The notes beneath the pieces are model-generated. The model did no database searches. It saw nothing but the letters and a program-made list of their open reading frames with translations, and was not told the DNA's origin. A stretch of 64,000 nt of DNA, taken from contig CABZHT010000003.1 of assembly GCA_902525615.1 (NCBI GenBank), forward strand, positions 37,906 to 101,905, given 5' to 3'. The translations under genes and the position numbers were made by a program. Below, piece by piece: positions 18,310-30,693 of this stretch (positions within the stretch are counted from its first letter, which is position 1; every line of letters begins with the position of its first letter). The stretch is from an uncultured Fidelibacterota bacterium (GTDB taxonomy: Bacteria > Fidelibacterota > Marinisomatia > Marinisomatales > Marinisomataceae).

Positions 18310-18690
18310 ATGAGCGTTAAAAGAGAAGATGTATTAAAATATCTTGAAGAAGCAAATATGATTGAGATATCTGAGCTTGTCAAAGATATAGAAGATAAAT
18401 TTGGTGTTACTGCCGCTGTACCTGTTGCAGCAGTTGCTGCTGGAGGAGCTGCTGAAGGAGCTGCTGAAGGTGGAGAAAAAAGTAGTTTTGATGTTGTTCT
18501 AGCAGCTGCTGGACAATCAAAAATCTCAGTAATTAAAGTTGTTAGAGAACTTTCTGGTCTTGGATTAAAAGAAGCTAAAGAATTGGTTGATTCTGCTCCT
18601 AAGGCTGTAAAAGAAGGCGTCGCTAAAGATGAGGCTGAAACTATTAAGTCTCAACTTGAAGAGGCTGGAGCTACAGTAGAATTAAAGTAA
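18310..18690 (+). CDS. rplL: 50S ribosomal protein L7/L12
   Basis: Ala-rich hinge [20 protein letters not shown] and C-terminal domain [19 protein letters not shown]. Confidence 0.97.
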   Translation: MSVKREDVLKYLEEANMIEISELVKDIEDKFGVTAAVPVAAVAAGGAAEGAAEGGEKSSFDVVLAAAGQSKISVIKVVRELSGLGLKEAKELVDSAPKAVKEGVAKDEAETIKSQLEEAGATVELK

Positions 18691-18742
18691 TAGTACTAAA
18701 AAAGTATATATTAATTAACCAATTTTTTGGAGGTAATCTATC

Positions 18743-21700
18743 TTGAGAGTAGATAAGTTAAACAATAGACATAATTTTGAGAAAATAACAACTACCAATG
18801 AACTGCCAAATCTTTTAGATTTGCAAGTAGGTTCATTTCATGACTTTTTACAGGAAGGTATCAATCCTAAAGAAAGAGAAATGTTTGGATTGCATGAAGC
18901 GTTTGCTTCTATTTTTCCTTTACAGGATAATCATGAAAACTATATTCTTGAATATAAAAGTTATACAATAGGAAAAGCTAGATACACTCCTAGAGAGTGC
19001 TCAGATAGGGGAATTACTTACAATGTACCTTTAACTGTTCAGCTACGTCTTAAAATTACTGATGAAAAAGATAAAAAGAAGTTTGCTCAAGTAATTGATC
19101 AAGATGTTTACTTTGGTAATATACCTTACATGACAGATAAAGGTACTTTTATTATCAATGGAGCTGAAAGAACCATAGTTACTCAACTTCAAAGATCTCC
19201 TGGTGCATTCTTTGATCAAAAATTTCATCCAAATGGTTCAAAACTTTATAATGCTCGTATTATTCCTATTAGAGGTTCATGGATAGATTTTACAACTGAT
19301 ATTAATGATATTCTTTTTACTATAATCGATAGAAAAAGAAAATTCCCTGCTACAATGCTTTTAAGATCTTTAGGATTTAGTTCAGATGAAGATATTTACA
19401 ATGCTTTTGAATTAGTTCTTGACCTTGATCCATCAAAAATTGATTTGGAAAAATTGAGTCATTATGTTGTTATAGAAGATATTATTGATCATGAAACTGG
19501 AGAGCTTTTTGTTGAAAGTGGCAAAGAATTAAATGAATCAATAATTAGCACATTAAAGAAAAATAAAACAAAGTCTATTAAAGTTGTTGATGTTAGAAAC
19601 AGCATTGACAGTATGATGATTCATAACACAATTCAAAAAGATCCAACAAAATCTACTGAAGAAGCATTAATGAGAGTTTATTTGCTTCTAAGAGGAAGTG
19701 ATGCTCCTAGTCCTGAGTCTGCTGAAAAATTCATTAATAGAATGTTTTTCTTTCCAAAAAAATATGATTTAGGTCAGGTAGGTAGATATAGACTAGATAA
19801 ACAATTTAATTTAAACAACTCTGGAAATGATTCAGTTCTTACTCATGATGATTTTTTAATTACATTAAAATATCTAATTCAAATGAGAAAGGGATTAAGA
19901 GCCCCAGATGATATTGATCATTTAGGAAATAGAAGAGTTAGAACTGTTGGTGAGCAATTAAAAGTTCAGTTTAACTCTGCCTTAGCTAGAATGGTCAGAA
20001 CTGTATATGAAAGAATGAATCTTAGAGAATCAGAAACAATAACTCCTCAAGATTTGATTAATTCAAGGTTAGTAACTACAGTTATTAATACATTTTTTGG
20101 TACAAGTCAATTGTCCCAATTTGGAGATCAAACTAATCCATTAGCAGAAATAACTCATAAAAGAAGAATTTCTTCTTTAGGTCCTGGTGGACTTTCTAGA
20201 GAAAGAGCTGGTTTTGAGGTAAGAGATGTTCATTATACCCATTATGGCAGGTTGTGTCCGATTGAAACTCCTGAAGGACCAAATATTGGTTTGATTTCTT
20301 CTCTTGCATTAATGGCTAAAATTAATAGACATGGTTTCATTGAAGCTCCTTACAGAAAAATTGATAGCAAGAAGATTACAAATTCTATTGAATATTTATC
20401 AGCGGATGATGAAGATAGAGCAAATATTGCTCAATCAGGTTTAGAGTCAGATAAGAATAATCTTATTTCAGAATCTAAGGTTAGAGTTCGTTCAAAAGGC
20501 GATTTTCCAATTGTTGATTCTGAAGATGTTCAATATTCTGATATCGTACCAAACCAAATTCTTAGTGTAGCTGCTGCATTAATTCCTTTTGTTGAGCATG
20601 ATGATGCTAATCGAGCTCTAATGGGTTCAAACATGCAGCGTCAATCTGTTCCATTGTTAAAAACTGATTCTCCAATAGTTGGTACTGGAATGGAAAAAGT
20701 TGTTGCTCGAGATTCAAAATCTGTTTTGCTTTCACCTGTTAGCGGAAAAGTTGTACACGTAGACGCAAATAAAGTAGTTATTAAAGATAGTAATTATAAA
20801 GATGGTTCTCTTTTAAAAGCTAACGAAGATTTATGCACAGTTAATCTTATAAAGTATTCTAGATCAAACCAGAATACCTGTTACAATCAAAAAGTGCTAG
20901 TAAAAGTTGGTGACAATGTGAAAAAAGATGATGTTATCGCAGATGGTGCTTCTACACAGGGCGGGGAACTTGCTTTGGGTAAAAATGTTATGATCGCTTT
21001 CATGCCTTGGAACGGTTATAACTTTGAAGATGCCATTGTTATTAATGAAAGACTTGTAAGAGAAGATGTCTTTACTTCAATTCACGTCAATGAAATTGAG
21101 CTTGAAGTTAGAGACACCAAGAGAGGTGAAGAAGAGTTAACTCCTGAAATTCCAAATGTAAGCGAAGACGCAACCGCTCAATTAGACGAAAATGGACTAA
21201 TTCGTGTAGGTGCAATTGTAAACGAAGATGATATTCTTATTGGTAAAGTAACTCCTAAAGGAGAAACTGATCCATCTCCAGAAGAAAAACTTTTACGTGC
21301 AATTTTTGGTGAAAAAGCAGGAGATGTAAAAGATGCTTCTAAAAAAGCCGAACCTGGTGTAAAGGGTGTTGTTATCAAAACTGATTTATATGAAAAAACA
21401 TCTAAGCAATCTAGGGCTGAAGTAAACAAAGCTATCAAAGAGCTTCAAAAAGATAAAAGAAATAATGAAAGAGAATTAAGAGCATCTAGAGATAAATTGT
21501 TAAGCGGAATTCTTAAAGACAAATCTTCTCTAGGTATAAAAGATAAAAATGATAAAGTACTTGTTAAAAAAGGTACAAAATTAACCTTGAAAAAAATCAG
21601 CACTTTTAATTTTGAACAATTTTCACTCCAAGAGCCTTGGATTTCAGGTCCTAAGTCTTGGGATAAGATTAAATTGATTTTTGATTCATTTCATAAACAT

Positions 21701-22498
21701 TTAAATGAATTAGAAGATAAGTTAGAAACTGACATTTTCAAGCTAAAAGAAGGCGATCAATTACAACCTGGAATTCTAAAGCTTGCGAAAGTATATGTTG
21801 CTAACAAAAGAAAAATTTCTATTGGCGATAAAATGGCTGGTAGACATGGTAATAAAGGTGTTATTGCGACAATAGTTCCAGAAGAAAACATGCCATATTT
21901 AGAAGATGGTACACCAGTTGATATTTGTTTAAATCCAATGGGTGTTCCTTCAAGAATGAACTTAGGACAATTGTATGAAACCATGCTTGGCTGGGCAGGA
22001 AAAATTCTTGGAGAAAAATATGCAACTCCAGTTTTCAATGGAGCCACTCCAGAAGAAGTAGCTGCTAAAATGAAAGAAGCAGGTTTGCCTGATTCAGGTA
22101 AGGTAACGTTGTATGATGGCTTAACAGGCGAAAAAATTGACAATCCAGTATTAGTTGGATATCAGTATATGATGAAATTATATCATATGGTTGATGATAA
22201 AATGCATGCTCGCTCTACCGGTCCTTATTCTCTTGTTACTCAGCAACCTCTTGGTGGTAAAGCTCAGTTTGGAGGACAAAGATTTGGTGAGATGGAGGTT
22301 TGGGCACTTCAAGCTTATGGTGCTGCTCATATACTTAGAGAGATTTTAACTATTAAATCTGATGATATAGAAGGCAGATCAAAGGTTTATAGCGCATTAG
22401 TAAAAGGTGAAGATTTACCAGATCCTACTACCCCAGAGGCATTTAACGTATTCATGAAGGAAATTCAAGGTCTCGGCCTTGATATAACTTTAGATTAA
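18743..22498 (+). CDS. rpoB: DNA-directed RNA polymerase subunit beta
   Basis: TTG start 9 nt after GGAGG. NMQRQSVPL, GDKMAGRHGNKGV, GGQRFGEMEVWALQAYGAA; 1251 aa. Confidence 0.97.
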   Translation: MRVDKLNNRHNFEKITTTNELPNLLDLQVGSFHDFLQEGINPKEREMFGLHEAFASIFPLQDNHENYILEYKSYTIGKARYTPRECSDRGITYNVPLTVQLRLKITDEKDKKKFAQVIDQDVYFGNIPYMTDKGTFIINGAERTIVTQLQRSPGAFFDQKFHPNGSKLYNARIIPIRGSWIDFTTDINDILFTIIDRKRKFPATMLLRSLGFSSDEDIYNAFELVLDLDPSKIDLEKLSHYVVIEDIIDHETGELFVESGKELNESIISTLKKNKTKSIKVVDVRNSIDSMMIHNTIQKDPTKSTEEALMRVYLLLRGSDAPSPESAEKFINRMFFFPKKYDLGQVGRYRLDKQFNLNNSGNDSVLTHDDFLITLKYLIQMRKGLRAPDDIDHLGNRRVRTVGEQLKVQFNSALARMVRTVYERMNLRESETITPQDLINSRLVTTVINTFFGTSQLSQFGDQTNPLAEITHKRRISSLGPGGLSRERAGFEVRDVHYTHYGRLCPIETPEGPNIGLISSLALMAKINRHGFIEAPYRKIDSKKITNSIEYLSADDEDRANIAQSGLESDKNNLISESKVRVRSKGDFPIVDSEDVQYSDIVPNQILSVAAALIPFVEHDDANRALMGSNMQRQSVPLLKTDSPIVGTGMEKVVARDSKSVLLSPVSGKVVHVDANKVVIKDSNYKDGSLLKANEDLCTVNLIKYSRSNQNTCYNQKVLVKVGDNVKKDDVIADGASTQGGELALGKNVMIAFMPWNGYNFEDAIVINERLVREDVFTSIHVNEIELEVRDTKRGEEELTPEIPNVSEDATAQLDENGLIRVGAIVNEDDILIGKVTPKGETDPSPEEKLLRAIFGEKAGDVKDASKKAEPGVKGVVIKTDLYEKTSKQSRAEVNKAIKELQKDKRNNERELRASRDKLLSGILKDKSSLGIKDKNDKVLVKKGTKLTLKKISTFNFEQFSLQEPWISGPKSWDKIKLIFDSFHKHLNELEDKLETDIFKLKEGDQLQPGILKLAKVYVANKRKISIGDKMAGRHGNKGVIATIVPEENMPYLEDGTPVDICLNPMGVPSRMNLGQLYETMLGWAGKILGEKYATPVFNGATPEEVAAKMKEAGLPDSGKVTLYDGLTGEKIDNPVLVGYQYMMKLYHMVDDKMHARSTGPYSLVTQQPLGGKAQFGGQRFGEMEVWALQAYGAAHILREILTIKSDDIEGRSKVYSALVKGEDLPDPTTPEAFNVFMKEIQGLGLDITLD

Positions 22499-22510
22499 AG
22501 GAAATTATAG

Positions 22511-25500
22511 ATGTATAAAACAAAAAATAGTATTTCAATAAAATTAGCTTCTCCTGAAAAGATTCTTGAAGGATCTTTTGGTGAAGTTTTGAAGCCTGAG
22601 ACAATTAACTACAGATCTTATAAACCTGAAAAAGATGGTTTATTTTGTGAAAAAATCTTTGGCCCTGTTAAAGATTTTGAATGTCACTGTGGTAAATATA
22701 AAGGTATTCGTTATAGAGGTATCATTTGTGATAGGTGTGGAGTTGAAGTAACAACTAAAAAAGTAAGAAGAAACCGAATGGGACATATTACTTTAGCTGT
22801 TCCAGTAGTGCATATCTGGTTTCTAAAATCAATTCCAAGTAAGCTAAGTTATATCTTAGGTAAAAGTGCAAAACAATTAGAAAGTGTAATCTATTATGAA
22901 AATTACCTAGTTATTAATCCTGGTAAAAGTGGTTACAAGAGATTTGAATTAATTGATGAAGAAGCTTTCCTTGAATTAGATCAAGAATTTGGATATGAGG
23001 CTGTTTCTCAGGAAGAAAGAGAAGAAGAATCATATTTCTACGCTTCTATGGGCGGAGAAGCTATTAAAGATGCTCTTTCTGAAATGGATTTATTAGAGCT
23101 TAAACAGGAGCTTGAAACAATAAGTTCAACAACAAAATCTAAGCAAAAAAGAGAAGACGCTCTCAAAAGACTTAAAGTTGTAAAAGATTTTGCTCAAGAT
23201 AGAAACAATAAGCCTGAATGGATGATCGTTTCTATTTTACCTGTTATGCCACCTGAGTTAAGACCTTTAGTTCCATTAGAGGGTGGAAGATTTGCTGCAA
23301 GTGATCTTAATGACTTGTACAGAAGAATTATTATTAGAAATAATAGATTAAAGCAATTGATGGATATTCAGGCACCTGAAGTAATTTTAAGAAATGAAAA
23401 AAGAATGCTGCAAGAGTCCGTTGATGCGCTTTTCGATAATACAAAACGTAAAACTGCAATTAGAAGTGGTTCAAAGAGGCCATTGAAATCAATTTCCGAT
23501 ATGCTCAGAGGTAAGCAGGGTAGATTTAGACAAAATCTTCTAGGTAAAAGAGTAGATTATTCTGGAAGATCAGTAATTGTAGTTGGTCCAGAATTGAGAA
23601 TGACCGAATGCGGTATTCCAAAGAACATGGCATTAGAATTATTCAAACCTCATTTAATAAGAGAATTAATAAGAAGAGATTTAGCTGCAACTCCAAGAAG
23701 TGCAAAGCTCATGATTGAAAATAAAGAATCATTTGTTTATGAAATTCTTGAAAGTGTTGTTAAAGATCATCCAGTATTATTGAATCGTGCTCCTACTCTT
23801 CATAGATTAGGAATAATTGCTTTCCAGCCAGTTCTAATTGACGGTAAAGCTATTAGAGTCCATCCGCTTGTATGTTCAGCTTTCAATGCTGACTTTGATG
23901 GAGACCAAATGGCTGTTCATGTTCCATTGTCTATACCTTCGCAATTAGAAGCTAGAGTATTGATGATGGCTAGTCAGAATGTTTTACATCCAGCCAGTGG
24001 AAAACCTATTACATTACCTTCACAAGACATGATTTTAGGTTGTTATTATTTAACTAGAGACAAAAAAGGACAGATTGGTGAGGGAATGTCATTTGGATCA
24101 ATTGATGAAGTTAAAATTGCATATGATAATGGTAAAGTTGCTATGCATGCAATCATTAACGTTAGGCATAATGGTGTTTGGCATAAAAATACTACTGCAG
24201 GAAGAGCAATATTTAATTCCATTATTCCAGATGAATTAGGTTATTATGATGAAATTGTTTCTAAGAAAAAACTGAGTTTTATCATTGGTGAGTCTTTTGT
24301 AAAAGCAGGAAATCAACGTACAGTTCAATTACTTGATGATCTTAAGGATATTGGTTTTAAAACTGCTACTATGAGTGGAGTATCAATTTCAATAAGCGAT
24401 GTTATTATTCCTGACGCAAAGCATGACATAATTGGTAGAGCAGAACAAGAAGTTGATAAAATTCAACAGCGTTTTGACAGGCATGTCTTGACTGAAGGCG
24501 AAAGATACAATAAAGTCATTGATGTTTGGACAAAAGCTACAAGTGATGTGGCAGATGTTATGATGGATGGTCTTAGATCAGACGATCAGGGCTTTAATGC
24601 ATTGTATATTTCATCTGACTCAGGAGCTAGAGGTAGTGGTGACCAGATTAAACAGCTTGCTGGCATGAGAGGTCTAATGGCTAAGCCTAGAAAATCCATG
24701 GTTGGTGGTGGTGAAATCATTGAGAGTCCAATTCAATCTAATTTTAAAGAAGGTCTTTCTGTAATGGAATACTTTATATCTACTCACGGTGCCAGAAAAG
24801 GTTTAGCTGATACAGCTCTTAAGACTGCGGATGCTGGTTATTTAACAAGAAGACTGGTCGATGTTGCGCAAGACGTTACTATTTATGAAGATGACTGTAA
24901 AACAATTAATGGAATCACCGTATCTGACCTTAAGGAAGGTGAAGAAATAGTTGAATCACTTGGAGAGCGTATTTTAGGAAGAACTTCTTCTGAAAAAATT
25001 GTTATTGATGGTGAAGTTGTTGTTAAATCAGGAGATATTTTTGATGAAAAGTTGGCTAAATTTATAGTTGAAAATAATTTTAATAGTGTAAAAATAAAAT
25101 CAATTCTTACATGTGAATCGAGAAGAGGTGTTTGTGCCAAATGCTATGGTTGGGATTTAACTAGAAGAAAGCTTGTTACAAAAGGTACAGCTGTTGGTAT
25201 TATTGCTGCACAGAGTATCGGAGAGCCAGGTACTCAGCTAACTCTTAGAACTTTCCATATTGGTGGTACAGCTACTCGTATTGCTGAGGAATCAGATAAA
25301 AAATCACGATTTAATGGTACAGCTAAGTTTACTAGCGATTACGAACCAGCTGAAACCTTAGATGAAGATGGATTTAATGTAGTAAGATGTTTATCTAGAA
25401 GTTCAAAATTATCAATTGTTGATTCAAAAGATAATGTTTTAGACGAATTAAATGTTCCTTATGGAGCAAATGTTAATGTTAATGAAGGTGATAAAGTTAA

Positions 25501-26692
25501 AAAGGGTATGACTCTTTTTTCATGGGATCCTTACACAGACTTAATTCTTGCCAGACAATCTGGAGTTATTAAAATGAAAGATTTCATTGAGGGCGACACT
25601 TACCAAGAAGAGGCTGTTGACGGTGGTAAAAAACAGAAAGTTGTTACTGAGTCAAAAGATAGAAGATTAAGTCCACAAATTGAAATTTATAGCAAAAAAG
25701 GTGATATTTTATCGGGCGGAACTATACTGCCAGTTAAAGCTACTTTAGTTGTGAATGATGGCCAAGATGTTGCTAAAGGACAAACATTAGTTAAAATTCA
25801 AAAAGACGTTGGAAAATCAAGAGATATTACTGGAGGCCTTCCAAGAGTTGCTGAATTATTTGAAGCAAGAAAGCCAGCAAATCCAGCAGTTGTAACGGAG
25901 ATTAATGGTACTGTTGAATTCGGAGAGATTAAAAGAGGTGTAAGAAAAATATCAGTGATACCTGCTAATGGTAAGTCAATAACTTACAAAATTCCTTATG
26001 GTAAACATGTTGTTGTCCATGAAGGAGATTTTATTACAGCTGGTACACCTTTATGTGAGGGGGCTATTTCTCCATCCGATATTTTAACAATTCTTGGTCC
26101 AAATGCTGTCAGAGAGTATTTGGTTGATGAAATTCAAGAAGTTTATAGACTTCAAGGTGTTGGAATTAATGATAAACATATTGAAGTAATTGTTAATCAA
26201 ATGATGAAGAAAGTCGTAATTAGCGATCCTGGTGATAGCAAATACCTCCCTGGAGAAAGATTAGATAAGCAGGATTTATTTGCAGATAATGGTAGCATGA
26301 AAGGCATGGTAGTTATTGATGAATCTGGAGATTCAAATCTTGATGTAGGAACAATGATTTCACAAAACGAAGTTAAAGAGATGAATAAAGATTTGAAGGC
26401 TCAAGACAAAAACGTAATCAAGTTCCACAAAGCTAAGCAAGCTACATTTGAACCAATTTTAATGGGTATTACTCAATCATCGTTAAATACAAATAGCTTC
26501 ATTTCAGCTGCTTCATTTCAAGAAACAACAAGAGTCTTGACGGATGCTGCTACAGCATCAAAAACAGATCATCTATTAGGTTTAAAAGAAAATGTTGCAT
26601 TAGGAAGATTGATTCCTGCTGGAACAGGTTTCCCTGAGCTCGATAAAGTTAGGCTTACTAGGGATGAAGAATCTGATATTGTTGAAGAATAA
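22511..26692 (+). CDS. rpoC: DNA-directed RNA polymerase subunit beta'
   Basis: Zn finger [20 protein letters not shown], catalytic [14 protein letters not shown], trigger-loop and bridge-helix regions; 1393 aa. Confidence 0.97.
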   Translation: MYKTKNSISIKLASPEKILEGSFGEVLKPETINYRSYKPEKDGLFCEKIFGPVKDFECHCGKYKGIRYRGIICDRCGVEVTTKKVRRNRMGHITLAVPVVHIWFLKSIPSKLSYILGKSAKQLESVIYYENYLVINPGKSGYKRFELIDEEAFLELDQEFGYEAVSQEEREEESYFYASMGGEAIKDALSEMDLLELKQELETISSTTKSKQKREDALKRLKVVKDFAQDRNNKPEWMIVSILPVMPPELRPLVPLEGGRFAASDLNDLYRRIIIRNNRLKQLMDIQAPEVILRNEKRMLQESVDALFDNTKRKTAIRSGSKRPLKSISDMLRGKQGRFRQNLLGKRVDYSGRSVIVVGPELRMTECGIPKNMALELFKPHLIRELIRRDLAATPRSAKLMIENKESFVYEILESVVKDHPVLLNRAPTLHRLGIIAFQPVLIDGKAIRVHPLVCSAFNADFDGDQMAVHVPLSIPSQLEARVLMMASQNVLHPASGKPITLPSQDMILGCYYLTRDKKGQIGEGMSFGSIDEVKIAYDNGKVAMHAIINVRHNGVWHKNTTAGRAIFNSIIPDELGYYDEIVSKKKLSFIIGESFVKAGNQRTVQLLDDLKDIGFKTATMSGVSISISDVIIPDAKHDIIGRAEQEVDKIQQRFDRHVLTEGERYNKVIDVWTKATSDVADVMMDGLRSDDQGFNALYISSDSGARGSGDQIKQLAGMRGLMAKPRKSMVGGGEIIESPIQSNFKEGLSVMEYFISTHGARKGLADTALKTADAGYLTRRLVDVAQDVTIYEDDCKTINGITVSDLKEGEEIVESLGERILGRTSSEKIVIDGEVVVKSGDIFDEKLAKFIVENNFNSVKIKSILTCESRRGVCAKCYGWDLTRRKLVTKGTAVGIIAAQSIGEPGTQLTLRTFHIGGTATRIAEESDKKSRFNGTAKFTSDYEPAETLDEDGFNVVRCLSRSSKLSIVDSKDNVLDELNVPYGANVNVNEGDKVKKGMTLFSWDPYTDLILARQSGVIKMKDFIEGDTYQEEAVDGGKKQKVVTESKDRRLSPQIEIYSKKGDILSGGTILPVKATLVVNDGQDVAKGQTLVKIQKDVGKSRDITGGLPRVAELFEARKPANPAVVTEINGTVEFGEIKRGVRKISVIPANGKSITYKIPYGKHVVVHEGDFITAGTPLCEGAISPSDILTILGPNAVREYLVDEIQEVYRLQGVGINDKHIEVIVNQMMKKVVISDPGDSKYLPGERLDKQDLFADNGSMKGMVVIDESGDSNLDVGTMISQNEVKEMNKDLKAQDKNVIKFHKAKQATFEPILMGITQSSLNTNSFISAASFQETTRVLTDAATASKTDHLLGLKENVALGRLIPAGTGFPELDKVRLTRDEESDIVEE

Positions 26693-26758
26693 AGTTAGAT
26701 TATTAAGATTATGATTTTTTAGTCCAAATTGAATAATCCTACGCGTAGAAGAAAAAGT

Positions 26759-26794
26759 TTGATTCTTCCGTGTTATAACGATATATTCGCCCGG
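26759..26794 (+). promoter_or_regulatory. Putative sigma70-type promoter of the rpsL-to-rplQ ribosomal superoperon: TTGATT-N17-TATATT followed by the GC-rich CGCCCGG
   Basis: This is the only sizeable gap (129 nt) in the 30-kb translation cluster. The hexamers were read by eye. The GC-rich discriminator resembles the two tRNA promoters. It can also be read as TTTG-N20-TAtaTTcG (Bacteroidetes-style), so sigma type is not resolved. Confidence 0.5.
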
Positions 26795-26821
26795 ACTTTT
26801 AAAATATAAAAGGAAATATAT

Positions 26822-27196
26822 ATGCCAACTGTAAATCAGTTAATTAGAAAAAGTAGAAAGAAAATAGTCAATAAATCGGCTAGTAGAGCGCTTGAGAAAA
26901 GCCCTCAAAAGAGAGGTGTATGTACTCGTGTTTATACAACCACTCCTAAAAAGCCTAATTCTGCACTTAGAAAAGTAGCAAGAGTTAGATTAACTAATGG
27001 TATTGAAGTTAATGCATATATTCCTGGTGAAGGACACAACCTTCAAGAACACTCAATTGTATTAATTGAAGGTGGTAGGGTAAAAGACCTCCCAGGCGTT
27101 AGATTTCACATTGTTCGCGGTTCATTGGACACTGCAGGTGTAAATGATAGAAAAACAAGTAGATCTCGTTACGGAGCTAAGAAACCTAAGAGTTAA
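26822..27196 (+). CDS. rpsL: 30S ribosomal protein S12
   Basis: [29 protein letters not shown]. Confidence 0.98.
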   Translation: MPTVNQLIRKSRKKIVNKSASRALEKSPQKRGVCTRVYTTTPKKPNSALRKVARVRLTNGIEVNAYIPGEGHNLQEHSIVLIEGGRVKDLPGVRFHIVRGSLDTAGVNDRKTSRSRYGAKKPKS

Positions 27197-27198
27197 TA

Positions 27199-27672
27199 AT
27201 GAGAAGAAGAAGACCAGAAAGAAGAACAATAAATCCGGATCCTAAGTTTAATGACTTACAAATTTCTAAATTTATGAATTATCTTCTTACAGATGGTAAG
27301 AAAGGTATTGCAGAAAAAATATTATATGATGCATTTGATATAGTACAAGATAAAAGTAAAAAAAATCCTATTGATATTTTCAAGAAGGCTCTTAATAATG
27401 CATCTCCTCACGTTGAGGTAAAATCAAAGAGAATTGGTGGTGCTACATATCAAGTACCAATTGAAGTTCCTTCCAGAAGACAGTTTTATCTTGCTTCACA
27501 ATGGATTATTGAAAGTGCTAAAAAAAGATCTGGTAGTTCTATGTCTAATAGACTTGCTGGAGAAATTTTATCTGCATCTAACAATGAAGGTTCTGCTATA
27601 AAGAAAAAAGAAGATACGCATCGTATGGCTGAGGCAAATAAAGCATTTGCTCATTTTGGGAGAGGTAGATAA
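27199..27672 (+). CDS. rpsG: 30S ribosomal protein S7
   Basis: 157 aa; S7 family ([13 protein letters not shown]); str-operon position. Confidence 0.97.
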   Translation: MRRRRPERRTINPDPKFNDLQISKFMNYLLTDGKKGIAEKILYDAFDIVQDKSKKNPIDIFKKALNNASPHVEVKSKRIGGATYQVPIEVPSRRQFYLASQWIIESAKKRSGSSMSNRLAGEILSASNNEGSAIKKKEDTHRMAEANKAFAHFGRGR

Positions 27673-29756
27673 TGTCAACTGATTTAAAAATTGTTAGAAA
27701 TATAGGAATTATGGCTCACGTCGATGCTGGAAAAACCACTTTAACAGAAAGAATGCTCTATTATGCAGGTAAAACTCATAAAATTGGCGAGGTTCATGAC
27801 GGAGCAGCTACAATGGATTGGATGGAGCAGGAGCAAGAGAGAGGAATTACTATTACATCTGCTGCTACAACTTTTTACTGGAATAAAAATAGAGTCAATT
27901 TAATTGATACACCTGGTCACGTTGATTTTACAATGGAAGTAGAAAGGTCTCTTAGAGTGCTTGATGGAGCTGTAGCGGTATTTTGTGCAGTTGCTGGTGT
28001 AGAGCCACAAAGTGAAACTGTATGGCGTCAAGCAACAAAATATGATGTTCCTAGAATAGCATTTATTAATAAAATGGATAGAGTTGGTGCAGATTTTTAT
28101 AATGCAATTGATACCATGAAAAAAAGACTTGGTGCTAAGCCATTACCAATTGCACTTCCTATTGGAGCAGGTGAAGATTTTAGAGGAATTATAGATTTAA
28201 CTAATATGAAAGCTATACAGTATAATGAAAGCTCTCAAGGTGCTGAATTCGAATACATTGATATTCCACATGAATTAAAGGCAGATGCTGATAAATGGAG
28301 AAACTTCTTAGTAGAAGAAGTTGCAAGCTTTGATGATGCTTTAATGGAAAAATATTTAGAGGGTGAAGAAATATCTACTGATGAAATTAAAAGTGCTTTG
28401 AAAAAAGGATGTTTGGAGAGTGCTTTTGTTCCAACTTTATGTGGATCAGCATTCAAAAATAAAGGTGTACAAAGAGTGTTAGATGCGGTTATTGATTTTC
28501 TTCCTTCTCCAACAGATGTAGGAAGCATACAAGGATCATCTGTTGATAATCCTGATGACAGTGTTGAAGTTAAAAATTCTGTTGATGGCTCATTTACTGC
28601 TCTCGCATTTAAAATTGCTACCGATCCATTTGTAGGAAAATTAACCTATATCAGAGTATATTCTGGATCTTTGAAAAAAGGCACTTTCTGTATTGATTCA
28701 AATACTGGTGAAAAACAAAGAGTCTCAAGAATTCTACAGATGCACGCTAACAAAAGAGAAGAGTTGGATGAAGCTAAAGCAGGAGAGATTGTTGCTGTTA
28801 TTGGATTGAAAGATGTTAGAACCGGACATACCTTATCTGAAAAAGGCGATGTTACTTTAGAATCAATGGAATTCCCTGATCCAGTTGTTTCTGTATCTAT
28901 TGAACCTGTATCTAAAGGTGATCAAGATCAGTTAGCAAAAGGAATGAATAAATTAAGTGAAGAAGACCCAACCTTTAAAGTGAAAGTTGACAACGAAACT
29001 GGTCAAACTGTGATTTCAGGTATGGGTGAGGTTCATCTAGAAATTATTATTGATCGCTTGAAAAGAGAATTTAATGTAAATGCTAACGTTGGTAAGCCAC
29101 AAGTATCATTTAGAGAAGCAATTCAAAAACCAGTTGACAAAATTGACGAAAAATTTGTTAGACAATCTGGTGGTAGAGGGCAATATGGCCATGTAGTAAT
29201 TAATGTAAAACCTACTGCACAAGGAGAAGGATATAAATTTGTAAATAGTATTGTTGGTGGTGTAATTCCTAGAGAATATATTCCAGCGGTCGATGCAGGT
29301 ATTCAAGAACAATTAAAAAATGGTGTTTTGTACGGTTATCCAATTCCTGATGTTGAAGTTGAATTAGTGTTTGGTTCATATCATGATGTTGATTCTTCTG
29401 AAATTGCATTCAAGGTTGCTGGCTCAAGAGCAATAGCAAAGGCTTGCAAGTCCGCTAATCCTGTATTAATGGAGCCAATTATGGCTGTAGAAGCAACTAC
29501 GCCGGATGACTATTTAGGCGATGTCATAGGTGATATTAACTCTAGAAGAGGAAAAGTTGAGTCAATGGAGCAGCAAGGCACTAATCAGCAAATTAAAGCC
29601 GCAGTTCCTCTAAGTGAAATGTTCGGATATGCAACAGATCTAAGATCTCTTTCGCAGGGTAGAGCAAACTTTCATATGGACTTTAGTGAATACGCAAAAG
29701 TGCCTGCTTCAATTACAGAAAAATTGATGAAAACAGAAGCAAAGGATGGAGAGTAA
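27672..29756 (+). CDS. fusA: Elongation factor G
   Basis: [28 protein letters not shown]; 694 aa. Confidence 0.97.
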   Translation: MSTDLKIVRNIGIMAHVDAGKTTLTERMLYYAGKTHKIGEVHDGAATMDWMEQEQERGITITSAATTFYWNKNRVNLIDTPGHVDFTMEVERSLRVLDGAVAVFCAVAGVEPQSETVWRQATKYDVPRIAFINKMDRVGADFYNAIDTMKKRLGAKPLPIALPIGAGEDFRGIIDLTNMKAIQYNESSQGAEFEYIDIPHELKADADKWRNFLVEEVASFDDALMEKYLEGEEISTDEIKSALKKGCLESAFVPTLCGSAFKNKGVQRVLDAVIDFLPSPTDVGSIQGSSVDNPDDSVEVKNSVDGSFTALAFKIATDPFVGKLTYIRVYSGSLKKGTFCIDSNTGEKQRVSRILQMHANKREELDEAKAGEIVAVIGLKDVRTGHTLSEKGDVTLESMEFPDPVVSVSIEPVSKGDQDQLAKGMNKLSEEDPTFKVKVDNETGQTVISGMGEVHLEIIIDRLKREFNVNANVGKPQVSFREAIQKPVDKIDEKFVRQSGGRGQYGHVVINVKPTAQGEGYKFVNSIVGGVIPREYIPAVDAGIQEQLKNGVLYGYPIPDVEVELVFGSYHDVDSSEIAFKVAGSRAIAKACKSANPVLMEPIMAVEATTPDDYLGDVIGDINSRRGKVESMEQQGTNQQIKAAVPLSEMFGYATDLRSLSQGRANFHMDFSEYAKVPASITEKLMKTEAKDGE

Positions 29757-29762
29757 TCAATT

Positions 29763-30071
29763 ATGGCTAAAGATTTAATTAGAATTTCATTAAAAGCTTA
29801 CGATCATAAATTGCTCGATAAGTCAGCTGAAAAAATTATTAGAACTGCAAAGTCAACTGGAGCTATTATTTCAGGGCCAATTCCTTTGCCAACTAAAAGA
29901 ACTGTATATACTGTTTTGAGATCACCATTTATTGATAAAAAATCTAGAGAACAGTTTCAAACAAAAGTTCATAAAAGGGTTGTAGATATTGTTAATTCAA
30001 CACCTAAGACTGTAGAGTCTTTGATGAAATTAGATCTTCCATCAGGTGTAGATATTGAGATTAGAGGATAA
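29763..30071 (+). CDS. rpsJ: 30S ribosomal protein S10
   Basis: [14 protein letters not shown]...; 102 aa. Confidence 0.97.
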   Translation: MAKDLIRISLKAYDHKLLDKSAEKIIRTAKSTGAIISGPIPLPTKRTVYTVLRSPFIDKKSREQFQTKVHKRVVDIVNSTPKTVESLMKLDLPSGVDIEIRG

Positions 30072-30072
30072 A

Positions 30073-30693
30073 ATGTACGGCTTAATTGGTAAAAAAGTTA
30101 AAATGACCCAAATTTTTAATGAAAATGGTCATGTTGTACCAGTCACGCTTGTTGAAGCTGGTCCATGTACTGTTTCTCAAATTAAAGAAGAAAAAGATAA
30201 TGGTTATAACGCAGTTCAGTTAGCATATGGTGAAAAATCAAAAAAAAATACTAACAAACCATCAACAGGTCATTTGTCTAAATCCGGATTAGAAACAGCC
30301 AAGATTTTAGCAGAGTTTAAGTCAATAGAAGATTTTGAATATAAGCTTGGACAACAATTTGATGCTTCAATTTTTAATGTTGGTGAAATAATTGATGTAA
30401 GAGCAAAATCTAAAGGTAAAGGTTTTGCAGGAACTATTAAAAGACACAACTTTGCAAGACAAGATGCGACTCATGGTAATAAGCATACTGAAAGAGCTCC
30501 AGGTTCTATTGGACAAGCATCATGGCCTTCAAGGGTATTTAAAGGCATGAGAATGGCTGGAAGAATGGGCTCAGATAATGTAACAGTTAAAAATTTAGAA
30601 ATAGTAGATATTGACAATAAAAATAATTTACTATTTATTAAGGGATCAATTCCTGGTGCAAATAATTCACCAGTATTTTTGTTTAAAAAATGA
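30073..30693 (+). CDS. rplC: 50S ribosomal protein L3
   Basis: Start trimmed to MYGLIGKKVKMTQIF; FAGTIKRHNF motif. Confidence 0.96.
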   Translation: MYGLIGKKVKMTQIFNENGHVVPVTLVEAGPCTVSQIKEEKDNGYNAVQLAYGEKSKKNTNKPSTGHLSKSGLETAKILAEFKSIEDFEYKLGQQFDASIFNVGEIIDVRAKSKGKGFAGTIKRHNFARQDATHGNKHTERAPGSIGQASWPSRVFKGMRMAGRMGSDNVTVKNLEIVDIDNKNNLLFIKGSIPGANNSPVFLFKK

